Shown: positions 1-10,105 of the stretch, in pieces
Layout: each line of letters starts with the position of its first letter
Numbering within the stretch: position 1 is the first letter of the stretch
Assembly: GCA_038142325.1 (NCBI GenBank)
Contig: JAYQJW010000002.1
Span: 160,001 to 224,000, forward strand
From: Gammaproteobacteria bacterium
Lineage (GTDB): Bacteria; Pseudomonadota; Gammaproteobacteria; GCA-002705445; GCA-002716945
Direction: 5' to 3'
DNA: 64,000 bases
Translations under genes and position numbers: made by a program
Notes under the pieces: generated by a model
What the model saw: the letters and a program-made list of their open reading frames with translations, nothing else
Databases searched by the model: none
What the model was told of the DNA's origin: nothing

Positions 1-837
1 AGTAAATAAACTAAATTTTTTATCCTACTTAAGAGATCAGTGCTTGAAAAACAGATATATTGAAGTGATTGATAATTGCGATATAAACATTTCAGATTTG
101 TCTTCACCTTTCGAAGCATATGAAGCAGATCGTAAATTGGATTTATCAGGGACTAATCTTATTATTACTGATGGAGCTAATTCTAAATTTGCTAAAAAGT
201 TAGATATTAAAACTGATAATATTAATTATGATCAAACATCATACATGTTCAATGTAAATTGCAATTCTTTACCTAATACCGCTTATCAGATTTTTAATAA
301 AAAAGGGATATTTGCCGTTCTCCCCGGCACAGAGAATAAAGCATGTGTTGTAGCAAGCATATATAATCAATATAAAGATTTTTTAATTTTGAAAGTCAAT
401 CATGTAACTATAAATTTCTTGAAGAAACACTTAGACCATTTATAAAAAAGATAAATGATCCAAGTCTAATTTATAAATATGATTTAGATACGCAAAGGCT
501 AGATATTTGGACAAAGAATAATATTTTGTTTCTTGGGAATTCATCACAGCTACTTCATCCTGCGGGAGCACAAGGATTTAATTTTGCAGTTGATTGTATT
601 AAGGAGATTGATAGTTTAACAGGAGATTTATTTACACCAAACGAACTTGATAGCTCTGTTAAAACGGCAATTAATACTAAAAGATCTGAGTTATTGAAAA
701 GTATAGATATTATCTCTAAAACTCTCATGAAAAATAAATTGTTAGCAAACATTGCATCTTCAGTTTTTTCAAATGTGCTAAATATATCATCAACTATGAG
801 AGTAAAATTCATTAAAAACATTCTAGGAATATCATAA
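1..837 (+). CDS. ubiH: UbiH-like FAD-dependent ubiquinone biosynthesis hydroxylase; 5' end outside window, split by a frameshift near 440
   Basis: ORFs 44-445 (ITDGANS = DG motif) and 526-837 (LGNSSQLLHPAGAQGFN, cf. UbiH GNAAQTLHPIAGQGFN); followed by a second paralog as in ubiH-ubiI operons. Confidence 0.7.
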
Positions 838-839
838 AA

Positions 840-1932
840 ATGCGATTAATTATCCCTGGCAACTCACTTCTTTCTTCTATTGCTGCAGTGCATTTATCAA
901 ATATTGAGAATATAGAATTAAGCCTCAAAAAAGATGATTTAAAACATTATGATCGCTTTCTACAGTATTAATGAGTTCAGCAAAAGATATCTTGATTATG
1001 TAGGCATTTGGAAAAACTTAGATACAGATAAAATAGTTAGTTATAACGAGATAGATATATATCTTAAGAAAGATAAAACAGTTAATTTTAATTGTTGTGA
1101 TTTAAATACTGAAAATCTAGGGTATATAGTCTCAGAGAAGGATCTGTTGACTGCTGTTAAAACAGAGTTAAATTCATGTAAACTCATAGATGAATTTATA
1201 AATCTTGATACTCAATCTTCAAATAAAGATTTAATCATATATACAGACATTAAAGATGTTTTAGCAAACAAGATTGCTGTAAAGTATAGTACTACTGACT
1301 ATAAACAAATTGCTTTGAATATTAATCTGTCTCATCAGAATGATAATATGAGAAAGCCACGTCAAATCTTTTATGATCAGGAAATATTAGGTCTTTTGCC
1401 ACTAGACAACTACACATATAACCTAATATGGAGTCTTCCTAGTAACATGCATGGTAAGTTGATGAATAATTCTTCCGATGAATTGTCAGCATGTTTATCT
1501 GATCGTATTGAATTTATTGTTGGTGATATCAAAAAAATTAGTATAGGTAAGTCATTTCCACTTTCATCAAGACACACAGATACATACTTTTATGATAATA
1601 ATTTATTTGTAGGTGAGGCAGCTCATAAGTATCATCCGCTCGCGGGTTTAGGTCTGAATATGGGAATCGAGGATGTTGCCTATTTGAGTTATTTAATGGC
1701 TAATCATAAAGATAAAAAGTCTGTGATGTATAATTTTTCTAATAAAAGAATCGCAAGAAATCATGGGCTTCAGAAAATCTTGGATCTAATAATAAATTTT
1801 CATTCCACAAAGTTATTTCCATTGGAATTTAAGAATAGAGCACTTAAAATCTTTAATCAGTCTATCTATCTCAAAGCAAAGATAACAAAAAATGCTACTG
1901 GCTTAATAGCTAATAACTTAATTAATCAGTAA
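840..1932 (+). CDS. UbiI/UbiF-like FAD-dependent hydroxylase, divergent; probable start ATG 840, frameshift near 955
   Basis: VGEAAHKYHPLAGLGLNMGIED matches the GDAAH..HPLAGQG.N.G motif; upstream frame MRLIIPGNSLLSSIAAVHL joins ORF 949-1932. Confidence 0.7.
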
Positions 1933-2692
1933 ATAAATAGATTGATATCAAAATGAGAAGCGTAGAAAAGATAACCTTAACTCTTGAGGCATCAAACATT
2001 CTAAGAAGTGAAACACCAATGTATGATCCAATCATGCTTGTTGGCACAATCACAATTAAGCCCATGTAGTTTAATTTAGTTCTAAATATATCTATGTTTA
2101 TAAAATACATAAACGCAATACATGTTAATGCAATAACCATTCCTATTGCAGATGCTGTTGCAATTGATTTCTTTATATCACCAAGAATAAAAGATAAATA
2201 AGGAACTGATAGAGTACCACCTCCAATACCCATAAGAGAACTTATGGTCCCATTCAGAAAAAAATAAGTCCCTCCAATGTTATTTACAATATTAATATTG
2301 TTCTTTATTAGTTTAGCATCGCTGATTAGCAACAAAGCCAAAATAAGTAAAATCATACTATAAATATTTTCTAATAAGTAAGATGGTAAATACTCCAATA
2401 AGTAGATACCAACTAAACATCCTAAAATTACTGGTACAGAAAATCTTTTTACCTGCTCTGTAATAACTAAATTGTTTTTAAAATGAAGATATGCCGACAT
2501 TGAGCCAGCAAATATTATGCAGACAATTGATGTATAAACTGCAGCTTGTAATTGATAGCCTAAGAATAAATCATTGATTTTGTGGACTATTAATAGTCCA
2601 GGGACAAAAATTATTCCACCACCAAGCCCAAGCATTCCAGCTGTGATACCGCCAATAAGTCCAATTAAAATGTATATTATGAATAGTTCCAC
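1922..2692 (-). CDS. TauE/SafE family (sulfite exporter-like) membrane protein
   Basis: AGMLGLGGGIIFVP and SLMGIGGGTLSVP duplicated motifs; about 8 hydrophobic segments. Confidence 0.9.
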   Translation of the reverse strand: MELFIIYILIGLIGGITAGMLGLGGGIIFVPGLLIVHKINDLFLGYQLQAAVYTSIVCIIFAGSMSAYLHFKNNLVITEQVKRFSVPVILGCLVGIYLLEYLPSYLLENIYSMILLILALLLISDAKLIKNNINIVNNIGGTYFFLNGTISSLMGIGGGTLSVPYLSFILGDIKKSIATASAIGMVIALTCIAFMYFINIDIFRTKLNYMGLIVIVPTSMIGSYIGVSLLRMFDASRVKVIFSTLLILISIYLFTD

Positions 2693-2742
2693 AGTCTATG
2701 CATCCAAAGTGTGTACATTCTAGTTTAAAAATCCACTAAATG

Positions 2743-2776
2743 TGGCATAATAAATCGATTATTTTGGTAACCCCAA
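2743..2776 (+). promoter_or_regulatory. Putative extended -10 promoter (TGgCATAAT) and imperfect palindrome TTGGTaacCCCAA upstream of sgaA
   Basis: TG-N-CATAAT at 2743-2751; the 2764-2776 palindrome resembles FadR-family (PdhR/LldR/GlcC-type) TTGGT-N3-ACCAA operators with one mismatch. Confidence 0.3.
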
Positions 2777-2805
2777 TCAATTAACAGTTTTTAGGAAGCA
2801 AATAT

Positions 2806-3972
2806 ATGTCAGGATATCATTTTTTATTCGTACCAGGTCCATCAAATGTACCTGCAGCAGTTCAGCAAGCAATCCATTGTCCAATGGAAGATCATCGTAA
2901 TCCAACAATACCAGATTTAATACAACCAATAACTCAAGACTTAAAAAAAATATTAAGGACGGAAACAGGTAAGGTAGTATTCTTTCCATCTTCAGGGACC
3001 GGCTGTTGGGAAGCAGCACTTCAAAGCACGCTTAATGTCGGTGACAAAGTTCTTGGAGCTAGTTTTGGACAGTTCAGCCACTTATGGCTTGATATGTGTA
3101 AAAGACTGCAATTTGAACCTATTACAATGGAAGAAGAATGGGGTACTGGCGCAAATCCTGAAAGCTACCATAAGCACCTATCTGAAGATAAGAATCATGA
3201 AATTAAATGCGTTCTTGTGTGTCAAAATGAGACAGCAACAGGTGTAAGAAGTGACGTTGCTGCAATTAGAAAAGTTTTAGATGACCTTAACCATCCTGCA
3301 TTATTATTTGTGGATGGTGTGAGTTCAGTTGCTAGATATGAATTTGAGATGGATAAATGGGGTGTTGATGCCATTGTAAGTGGCTCGCAGAAAGGCTTCA
3401 TGTTACCAGCTGGGTTAGGCATATTAGGAGTAAGTCAAAAAGCTATTGATGCTATGAAAAATTCTAACTATCCTACATGTTATTTTGATGTCGTTGATAT
3501 GATTGAAAAACTTGATGGTGGATATTTGCCTTACACTCCTCCTGTGAATCTTCTAAGGGGATTTAGAGTTGCAATTGACATGATATTCGAAGAAGGATTA
3601 GAAAACATTTGGAAAAGACATCATCGACTTGCTGAAGGCACTAGAAAAGCTATTACTGAAGGTTGGGGACTAAACTTGTGTGCTAAAGAGGAAAAATGGT
3701 ACTCAGATACGGTCTCAGCTATTGTTGTACCAGAAGGTTTTGATGCATCAAAAGTTATATCTACTGCATTTAATAAATACAACCTAGCACTTGGAGCTGG
3801 GCTGTCAAAAGTTGCAGGTAAAGTATTTAGAATTGGTCATTTAGGCGACTTAAACGAGTGCATGTTATTTGGTGCAATATCAGGGGCAGAAATGGCAATG
3901 CTCGACAATGGAATTAAAGTTGAGCCTGGAAGTGGTGCTGCAGCTGCATCTAAATATTGGTCGTCAAATTAG
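2806..3972 (+). CDS. sgaA: Serine-glyoxylate aminotransferase (class V PLP enzyme)
   Basis: FLFVPGPSNVP, FGQFSHLW, EEEWGTGANPE, NETATGV, DGVSS, GSQKG (PLP lysine), FRIGHLG. Confidence 0.8.
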   Translation: MSGYHFLFVPGPSNVPAAVQQAIHCPMEDHRNPTIPDLIQPITQDLKKILRTETGKVVFFPSSGTGCWEAALQSTLNVGDKVLGASFGQFSHLWLDMCKRLQFEPITMEEEWGTGANPESYHKHLSEDKNHEIKCVLVCQNETATGVRSDVAAIRKVLDDLNHPALLFVDGVSSVARYEFEMDKWGVDAIVSGSQKGFMLPAGLGILGVSQKAIDAMKNSNYPTCYFDVVDMIEKLDGGYLPYTPPVNLLRGFRVAIDMIFEEGLENIWKRHHRLAEGTRKAITEGWGLNLCAKEEKWYSDTVSAIVVPEGFDASKVISTAFNKYNLALGAGLSKVAGKVFRIGHLGDLNECMLFGAISGAEMAMLDNGIKVEPGSGAAAASKYWSSN

Positions 3973-3981
3973 GAGAATATA

Positions 3982-4953
3982 ATGAGTAAGCCAAAAGCCA
4001 TAGTAACAAGAAGATGGCCTTCAGCAAATGAAGATCGACTAAGAGAACATTTTGATGTAACTTTTAATGAATCTGATGTCCCATTTACTGAGGATCAATT
4101 AAAAGATGCTCTAAAAAACTGTGATGTATTTATGCCTACAGTAACCGACAAAGTCACACGCGATGTTTTAGGTGTAGAAGGAAGAACAGCAAATATGATT
4201 GCTAATTTTGGCGTAGGTTTTAATCATATTGACATTGAGGCAGCTAAGGAATTCAATATTACAGTTTCCAATACACCATCAGTACTGACAGATTGTACTG
4301 CAGATATTGCAATGTCACTTCTACTAATGGTGGCAAGAAGAGTTGGTGAGGGAGAGAGAGAACTTAGATCAGATAATTGGACAGGTTGGAGACCCACACA
4401 TCTACTTGGCACTAAAGTAACAGGTAAAAAGTTAGGAATCATTGGCTTTGGAAGGATAGGTCAAGCAGTTGCGCAGAGAGCAAAATTTGGCTTTGATATG
4501 GATATTCTTTTTTGGGATCCTTATGATATTCCATCTGAAGTTGTTTCAAAGTTTGAAGCTACAAAACTAGATACAATAGAAGATATATGTAAAGAATCTG
4601 ATTTTGTTTCAGTAAATTGCCCTGCAACAAAAGAAACATTTCATCTTATGAATGAGGAAAGATTTAAGTTGATGAAGCCATCAGCATTCGTTATTAATAC
4701 TGCAAGAGGCGATATTATTGATGAAAAAGCGTTATTAAAAGCTCTTGAAGATAAAGAAATTGCTGGTGCAGGCCTAGATGTATTCGAGACTGAACCAAAT
4801 ATTCCATCGCAACTTAAAACACTTGAAAACGTTGTTTCTTTTCCACATCTAGGTAGTGCGACCATTGAGACTAGAATCGCAATGGGTAATACTGCAATTG
4901 ATAATGCATTGGCTTTTTTCGCTGGAAAAGACTTACCGAATAAGGTTGTTTGA
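3982..4953 (+). CDS. D-glycerate dehydrogenase / hydroxypyruvate-glyoxylate reductase
   Basis: GVGFNHID, GIIGFGRIG, INTARG, GLDVFETEP, PHLGSAT; SD AGGAG upstream. Confidence 0.9.
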   Translation: MSKPKAIVTRRWPSANEDRLREHFDVTFNESDVPFTEDQLKDALKNCDVFMPTVTDKVTRDVLGVEGRTANMIANFGVGFNHIDIEAAKEFNITVSNTPSVLTDCTADIAMSLLLMVARRVGEGERELRSDNWTGWRPTHLLGTKVTGKKLGIIGFGRIGQAVAQRAKFGFDMDILFWDPYDIPSEVVSKFEATKLDTIEDICKESDFVSVNCPATKETFHLMNEERFKLMKPSAFVINTARGDIIDEKALLKALEDKEIAGAGLDVFETEPNIPSQLKTLENVVSFPHLGSATIETRIAMGNTAIDNALAFFAGKDLPNKVV

Positions 4954-4966
4954 GCTAAATCTTTAA

Positions 4967-6254
4967 ATGTCATCGAGAGATATTGCACATTCTTTATTTG
5001 AAGAAGCAATAGCTCTTCAACGACCATCTAATATAGTCTTTTTATCCTGTGAGAAATATGAAGACTATTTTGTGTCTGCTGAGAGAATATTTCCTGTAGC
5101 GGTAGGTAAAGCATCAGTCATGATGATGGATGGTTTTCTCAAATATATTGAACAAAAACATAAAACAAAAATATTTGAGCGACCAATTGTAGTTAGCAAT
5201 CCCCAAGAAAATTCTTCGACGTTTGACTTTAATCATATTATCTCTTCACACCCAACACCAGATGCTAATAGCGTGAATGCCTCAAAAGAAGTTCTTAAAT
5301 ATGTCGCTCAATCAAATAATAATGATCTGGTTGTATTCTTGCTTAGTGGTGGTGGTTCATCATTATTATCTTTACCAGCTGAGGGAATATCTCTTGAGGA
5401 CAAGATTCAAGCTTACAAATTTACTTCTATCGGCAGGATGTAATATTAATGAAATTAATACTATACGAAAACATATATCTGGCATTAAAGGCGGAAGATT
5501 GAACAGTGCTGCCTTACCCAGTAAAACATTATCTTTGGTAATATCTGATGTAATTAATGACGACTTAAGCTCTATTGCAAGCGGTCCAACAGTAGCAGAC
5601 AACACAACATTTTCTGATGCGATAGACATTTTGTCCAACTACAACATTTACTCAAAAGTACCACAATCGATTCAGAATCATTTAATAAAGGGGCATACTG
5701 ATAACTCATACGAGACGCCCAAGCATTTCACAAATAATATTTCTGAAATTATAAGTAGTAATCAAGTGTTTCGTAAAACACTAGTTAATATTGCAGAAAC
5801 TAAAAACTATAAAGTAATAAATCTTGAAAACACTTTTGAGAAACTCGCGATTGATGATGCAAAGAAACTTTATGATGAAGCTAATAAAAATAAAGATAAA
5901 AGTATTATTATAATTTCAGGTGGAGAAACATTAGTAAATCTTACAGGATCTGGAAAGGGAGGTAGAAATCAAGAATTTGCTCTCTCTTTTTTAAATAAAT
6001 ATCTTATAGAAGGTTCTGATATAAATTTATGCCTTTATTCAGTAGGTACAGATGGTATAGATGGCCCTACTGATGCTGCAGGAGCTATAGTAGATAACCA
6101 TACTATCTCAAGGTATAAAGATACTGATCTAGATATCGAATCATATCTAGCTAATAATGATTCATATAGTTTTTTTAGTAAACTAGATTCTCTTATTAAA
6201 ATTGGTCCCACAGGAACTAATGTTGCTGATATTCAAATCACTATCATCAATTAA
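4967..6254 (+). CDS. Glycerate 2-kinase (MOFRL/TtuD family); frameshift near 5405
   Basis: VAVGKAS, SHPTPD, LLSGGGSSLL, RKHISGIKGG, SDV..DD...IASGPT, GGET, GKGGRNQE, TDGIDGPTDAAGA, GPTGTNVAD. Confidence 0.9.
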
Positions 6255-7531
6255 CAGTTACTATGAATTCTTCAAATAATTTATAAACCTTTTTGAAATC
6301 TCCGTCTGTATGTGCTTCAGAAATAAATCCTGCTTCATATGGCGATGGGGCAAAAAACACTCCTCTTTCTAACATGAAATTAAAAAACTTATTAAACATA
6401 TTAATATCTGAATTTTTAATATCTTCAATATTATTTGGAATATCGTTCGTGAAATAAAGACCAAACATTCCTCCCTCTGAGTCAGTATTAAACTTAAATT
6501 TGTGTTTCATAGCTACACTCTTCATTTCATTAGTAAATGATTTTGTTTTAGCGCTTAATCTTTTAAAAAAGCTTTTTTAGAAATTATTTTTAAAGTTTCA
6601 AGACCACAGTGCATTGCTAATGGATTACCTGATAGAGTTCCCGCTTGATAAATCGGTCCATCAGGTGCAAGTTTATCCATAATCTTGGCTTTACCACCAA
6701 ATGCACCCACTGGAAGTCCTCCACCAATCACTTTACCAAAGGTTGTTATGTCTGGTCTTACTTTATATATTTCTTGGGCTCCTTTGAAGTTAACTCTAAA
6801 GCCAGTCATAACTTCATCAAAAATTAAAAGCGACTTATATTTTGTACATAATTTTCGGAGCTCTTGTAAAAATTTTTTTGTCCTCTTACAAAATTCATAT
6901 TGCCTGCAATGGGTTCAATAATTACACATGCAATTTTATTTGAATTTTTATTAAATATTTTCTTAACTTCATTAATGTCGTTATAAGGTAGTGAAATAGT
7001 ATCTTTAGATGACCCTTTTGTTACACCACTGGAGCTAGGTTTACCAAAAGTTGTTGCTCCTGATCCAGCTTCAACAAGGAAAGCATCACCGTGACCATGG
7101 TAGCAACCATTGAATTTAATAATAATATCTTTACCAGTATAACCTCTGGCTAACCTTGCTGCACTCATAGTTGCTTCTGTACCTGAATTAACCATTCTTA
7201 TTTTTTCAATTGAAGGAATGTTATTTATAATAAATTCAGCTATCTCTGTTTCTGCTGCGTTAGGAGCGCCATATGTTAGACCATCTTTTGATACTTTACT
7301 AAGTTTAGATAGTATCCTACTATCGCTGTGCCCTAATATCATAGCTCCCCATGAGCCAATAAAATCAATATAACGATTGTCATCAATATCAACTATATGC
7401 GAACCCTTTGATTTTTTGACAATGAATGGTGAACTGGAAACAGCAGAAAATGATCTTACTGGAGAATTCACACCACCAGGTATCATTTTTTTTGTTCTGT
7501 TAAAAAGTAGATTTGATTTGTTCCTTTTCAC
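6247..7531 (-). CDS. hemL: Glutamate-1-semialdehyde 2,1-aminomutase; in three ORF pieces (frameshifts at homopolymers near 6870 and 6560)
   Basis: [60 protein letters not shown]. Confidence 0.95.
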
Positions 7532-8165
7532 GCATTAATCCCATTAGTTCATTTATTGTTAATTTTATATTGTCTAGTTCTTGTCTGAAAATCCCTTCGC
7601 TTATGGCTACCATTTCCGGTTTATGCACTAATACAGATTTAATATTATCCAAATTAATCCCACCTATTATACACATTGGAGGCCTGTTGATAACTTTATA
7701 TTTCTCAATTATAAACCTACTTAAAGAATCAGTATTCTTCTTGGTGTTACTGGTGCTAAATGCACCAATAGAAAAGTACGAAACATTATTTTCTATTAAT
7801 TTCTCAATATCAAAGATTTCTGATCCGCATGAATATCCTACCAATACGTCAGAACCACAAAAATTTTTAATTTTTTCGAGAGGCATGTCTCCTCTTCCAA
7901 GATGAATCCCTGAACCATCATAATGTTTGATTAATTTGTAATCATTATTAATTATTAGTTGTACATCAAATTCATTGCAGTAGCTATATATCTTTTTTAA
8001 TAAAAACCTTTTTTTTCTTGATGAGAAATAAGGTGATCTAAATTGAAAAATGCTTATACCGCTGGAAATAACCTCAAAACACTTATGAAGATATTCATCG
8101 TCTGTATCTAAGTAACTGGGAGATACAGGATATATACCACTTAATTTGTTTATATTTATATTATG
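7500..8165 (-). CDS. thiE: Thiamine-phosphate synthase; frame open to about 8165 but no canonical start codon visible (probable dropped base)
   Basis: In-frame upstream translation KLSGIYPVSP..IFQFR..IINND..GIHLGRGD continuing to GYSC, SNTKK, IGGINLDN; usual position next to hemL. Confidence 0.8.
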   Translation of the reverse strand, partial: HNININKLSGIYPVSPSYLDTDDEYLHKCFEVISSGISIFQFRSPYFSSRKKRFLLKKIYSYCNEFDVQLIINNDYKLIKHYDGSGIHLGRGDMPLEKIKNFCGSDVLVGYSCGSEIFDIEKLIENNVSYFSIGAFSTSNTKKNTDSLSRFIIEKYKVINRPPMCIIGGINLDNIKSVLVHKPEMVAISEGIFRQELDNIKLTINELMGLMREKEQIKSTF

Positions 8166-8207
8166 TTATTGATTAATTATATCTAAGAAGTTAATCTTTA
8201 CGAACTC

Positions 8208-8375
8208 ATGAAGAAGTATCTATGTTTAATATGCGGTCTTATCTATGATGAAGAAAAAGGATGGCCAGATGATGGAATTCAACCAGGAACAAAGTGGGAT
8301 GATATTCCAGACACTTGGATGTGTCCTGACTGTGGCGCTACCAAATCTGACTTTGATATGATTGAAGTTGCATAG
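8208..8375 (+). CDS. Rubredoxin, 55 aa (absent from ORF track)
   Basis: [55 protein letters not shown]: two CxxCG knuckles. Confidence 0.97.
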   Translation: MKKYLCLICGLIYDEEKGWPDDGIQPGTKWDDIPDTWMCPDCGATKSDFDMIEVA

Positions 8376-8378
8376 ACC

Positions 8379-9701
8379 ATGTTCTCAAGTGTCGTTGACC
8401 GACAAATTCTAAAAATTGCTATCCCGTTAATTTTTTCCAACTTATCAGTTCCTCTTGTTGGTTTAGTTGATAATGCCGTTCTGGGACATCTCAGCAGTCC
8501 TATATATCTTGCATCTGCAGGTCTAGGGGCAATTATAATGAGTTATATTCTTTTTAGTTTTGGCTTTATAAAATCAACAACTACAGGATATATCTCTCAG
8601 ATAGATCATCTTTCTGAGGATAAGACTATCAAAAGTATTTACCAAATTTTTATAATTGCTAGCTTTATTTCATTTGTACTATTAATTCTAAAAGATTTTA
8701 TTATTTCAACATCTCTAAACATTTTCGGCGGCTCAGGTGAGATTAATCAGAACGCAGCAATATATTTAGATATTAGATTTTGGTCCATACCAGCAATATT
8801 TATGAGAGACATTTTTATAGGTTATTTAATTGGCACTAAAAAAGTCTCTTATGCTATGAAAATAATTATTTTTATTAATGCATTTAATATAATTCTGGAC
8901 TACTTTTTTGTTTATGTTCTTTCAATGAATATCGAAGGTGTTGCTTATGCTTCTGTTATTGCAGAATCCTCTGTAATTATATTCGTTGCCTATTTTCTTA
9001 TTACAAATAACAACTTTGTTAATAAATCAATATTTACTAAATCTCTCATTGAAATTAAAAATCTAAAAAATAAATTAATTGTTAATGGAAATATGTTTAT
9101 CAGGTCTGTAATTTTAATGACTTGTTTTGCAGTGTTTATGAGTCAGAGCGCGAGTCAAGGAGAAATCATTCTTGCAGCGAATACTATTTTACTTAATTTT
9201 TTCTTTTTATTTTCCTATGGTATCGATGCATTTGCTCATGCAAGTGAAGTATTAGTAGGAAATTCAGTTGGAGAGAAAAACATCACCTATTATGATTCGA
9301 TCATCAAATCAAGTTTTAAATTTATATTTTTTATGGTGTCTTCATTTCTAATTATTTTCTTTTTCTTCTCTTATGAAATTTCTACTCTTGTCACGAGCCA
9401 TAATAATGTAATTGCTTTGATAGATGATCACATTATATTTCTTTATCTTATTGTTATATTTGGCTCTGTTGCATTTTGCATTGATGGTATTTTTATTGGC
9501 GCACTTCAGCATATTATAATGCGTAATATTATGATTATTTCGGGTATTACCTATGCAGCATCCTCTTATGTTTTGCTTAGTGATAGCTCACAGATGATTT
9601 GGTATTCATTTATTATATTTTTTGCAACTAGAAGCATTCTTCTATATTTGTCTCTTGGAGGAGTTAGGAGATCATTATTTGAATTAAAGAACTATGTTTG
9701 A
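8379..9701 (+). CDS. dinF: MATE family efflux transporter, DinF-like
   Basis: IAIPLIFSNLSVPLVGLVDNAVLGHL, NIILD, GVAYASVIAE, YGIDAFA; about 12 TM segments. Confidence 0.85.
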   Translation: MFSSVVDRQILKIAIPLIFSNLSVPLVGLVDNAVLGHLSSPIYLASAGLGAIIMSYILFSFGFIKSTTTGYISQIDHLSEDKTIKSIYQIFIIASFISFVLLILKDFIISTSLNIFGGSGEINQNAAIYLDIRFWSIPAIFMRDIFIGYLIGTKKVSYAMKIIIFINAFNIILDYFFVYVLSMNIEGVAYASVIAESSVIIFVAYFLITNNNFVNKSIFTKSLIEIKNLKNKLIVNGNMFIRSVILMTCFAVFMSQSASQGEIILAANTILLNFFFLFSYGIDAFAHASEVLVGNSVGEKNITYYDSIIKSSFKFIFFMVSSFLIIFFFFSYEISTLVTSHNNVIALIDDHIIFLYLIVIFGSVAFCIDGIFIGALQHIIMRNIMIISGITYAASSYVLLSDSSQMIWYSFIIFFATRSILLYLSLGGVRRSLFELKNYV

Positions 9702-9763
9702 TTACATTTCCTGTGTTATAGTTAGCACTTAAATATTCACGATATATACATGCGGAGGGAATT

Positions 9764-10105
9764 ATGGTATTCGGATTATTCAAAAAAAAGGAGCCTGTTA
9801 AAGTAACCATCAAAGGAACTGGTGAAACCTTTACATGCGAACCTAATGAACTACTTATGAAAGCTGCTATGAGACAAAAGGTTGACTGGCCGCATTCATG
9901 TAAAGTTGGTAGTTGTGGATCATGCAGAGCTACTATTGTTGAGGGCGAAGGGAAATATCCTTCTAGTCCATGTGACCCAACAACACTTCTTCATAAAGAG
10001 GAAATGGATAATGGTATGGTTATAGCATGCCAGTGGACACCAACAACTGATATTACAGTCGATGTTGAAATTGGTAAACAAGGTGACAAGCGAGGTATGG
10101 TCTAG
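9764..10105 (+). CDS. Plant-type [2Fe-2S] ferredoxin
   Basis: HSCKVGSCGSCR (Cx4Cx2C) plus distal IACQ; SD GGAGG. Confidence 0.93.
   Translation: MVFGLFKKKEPVKVTIKGTGETFTCEPNELLMKAAMRQKVDWPHSCKVGSCGSCRATIVEGEGKYPSSPCDPTTLLHKEEMDNGMVIACQWTPTTDITVDVEIGKQGDKRGMV

Noticed and set aside
7887-8165. Non-canonical (ATA) start codon for thiE
   Set aside because: One dropped G near 8163 would restore ATG AAT ATA; an error is more likely in this assembly.
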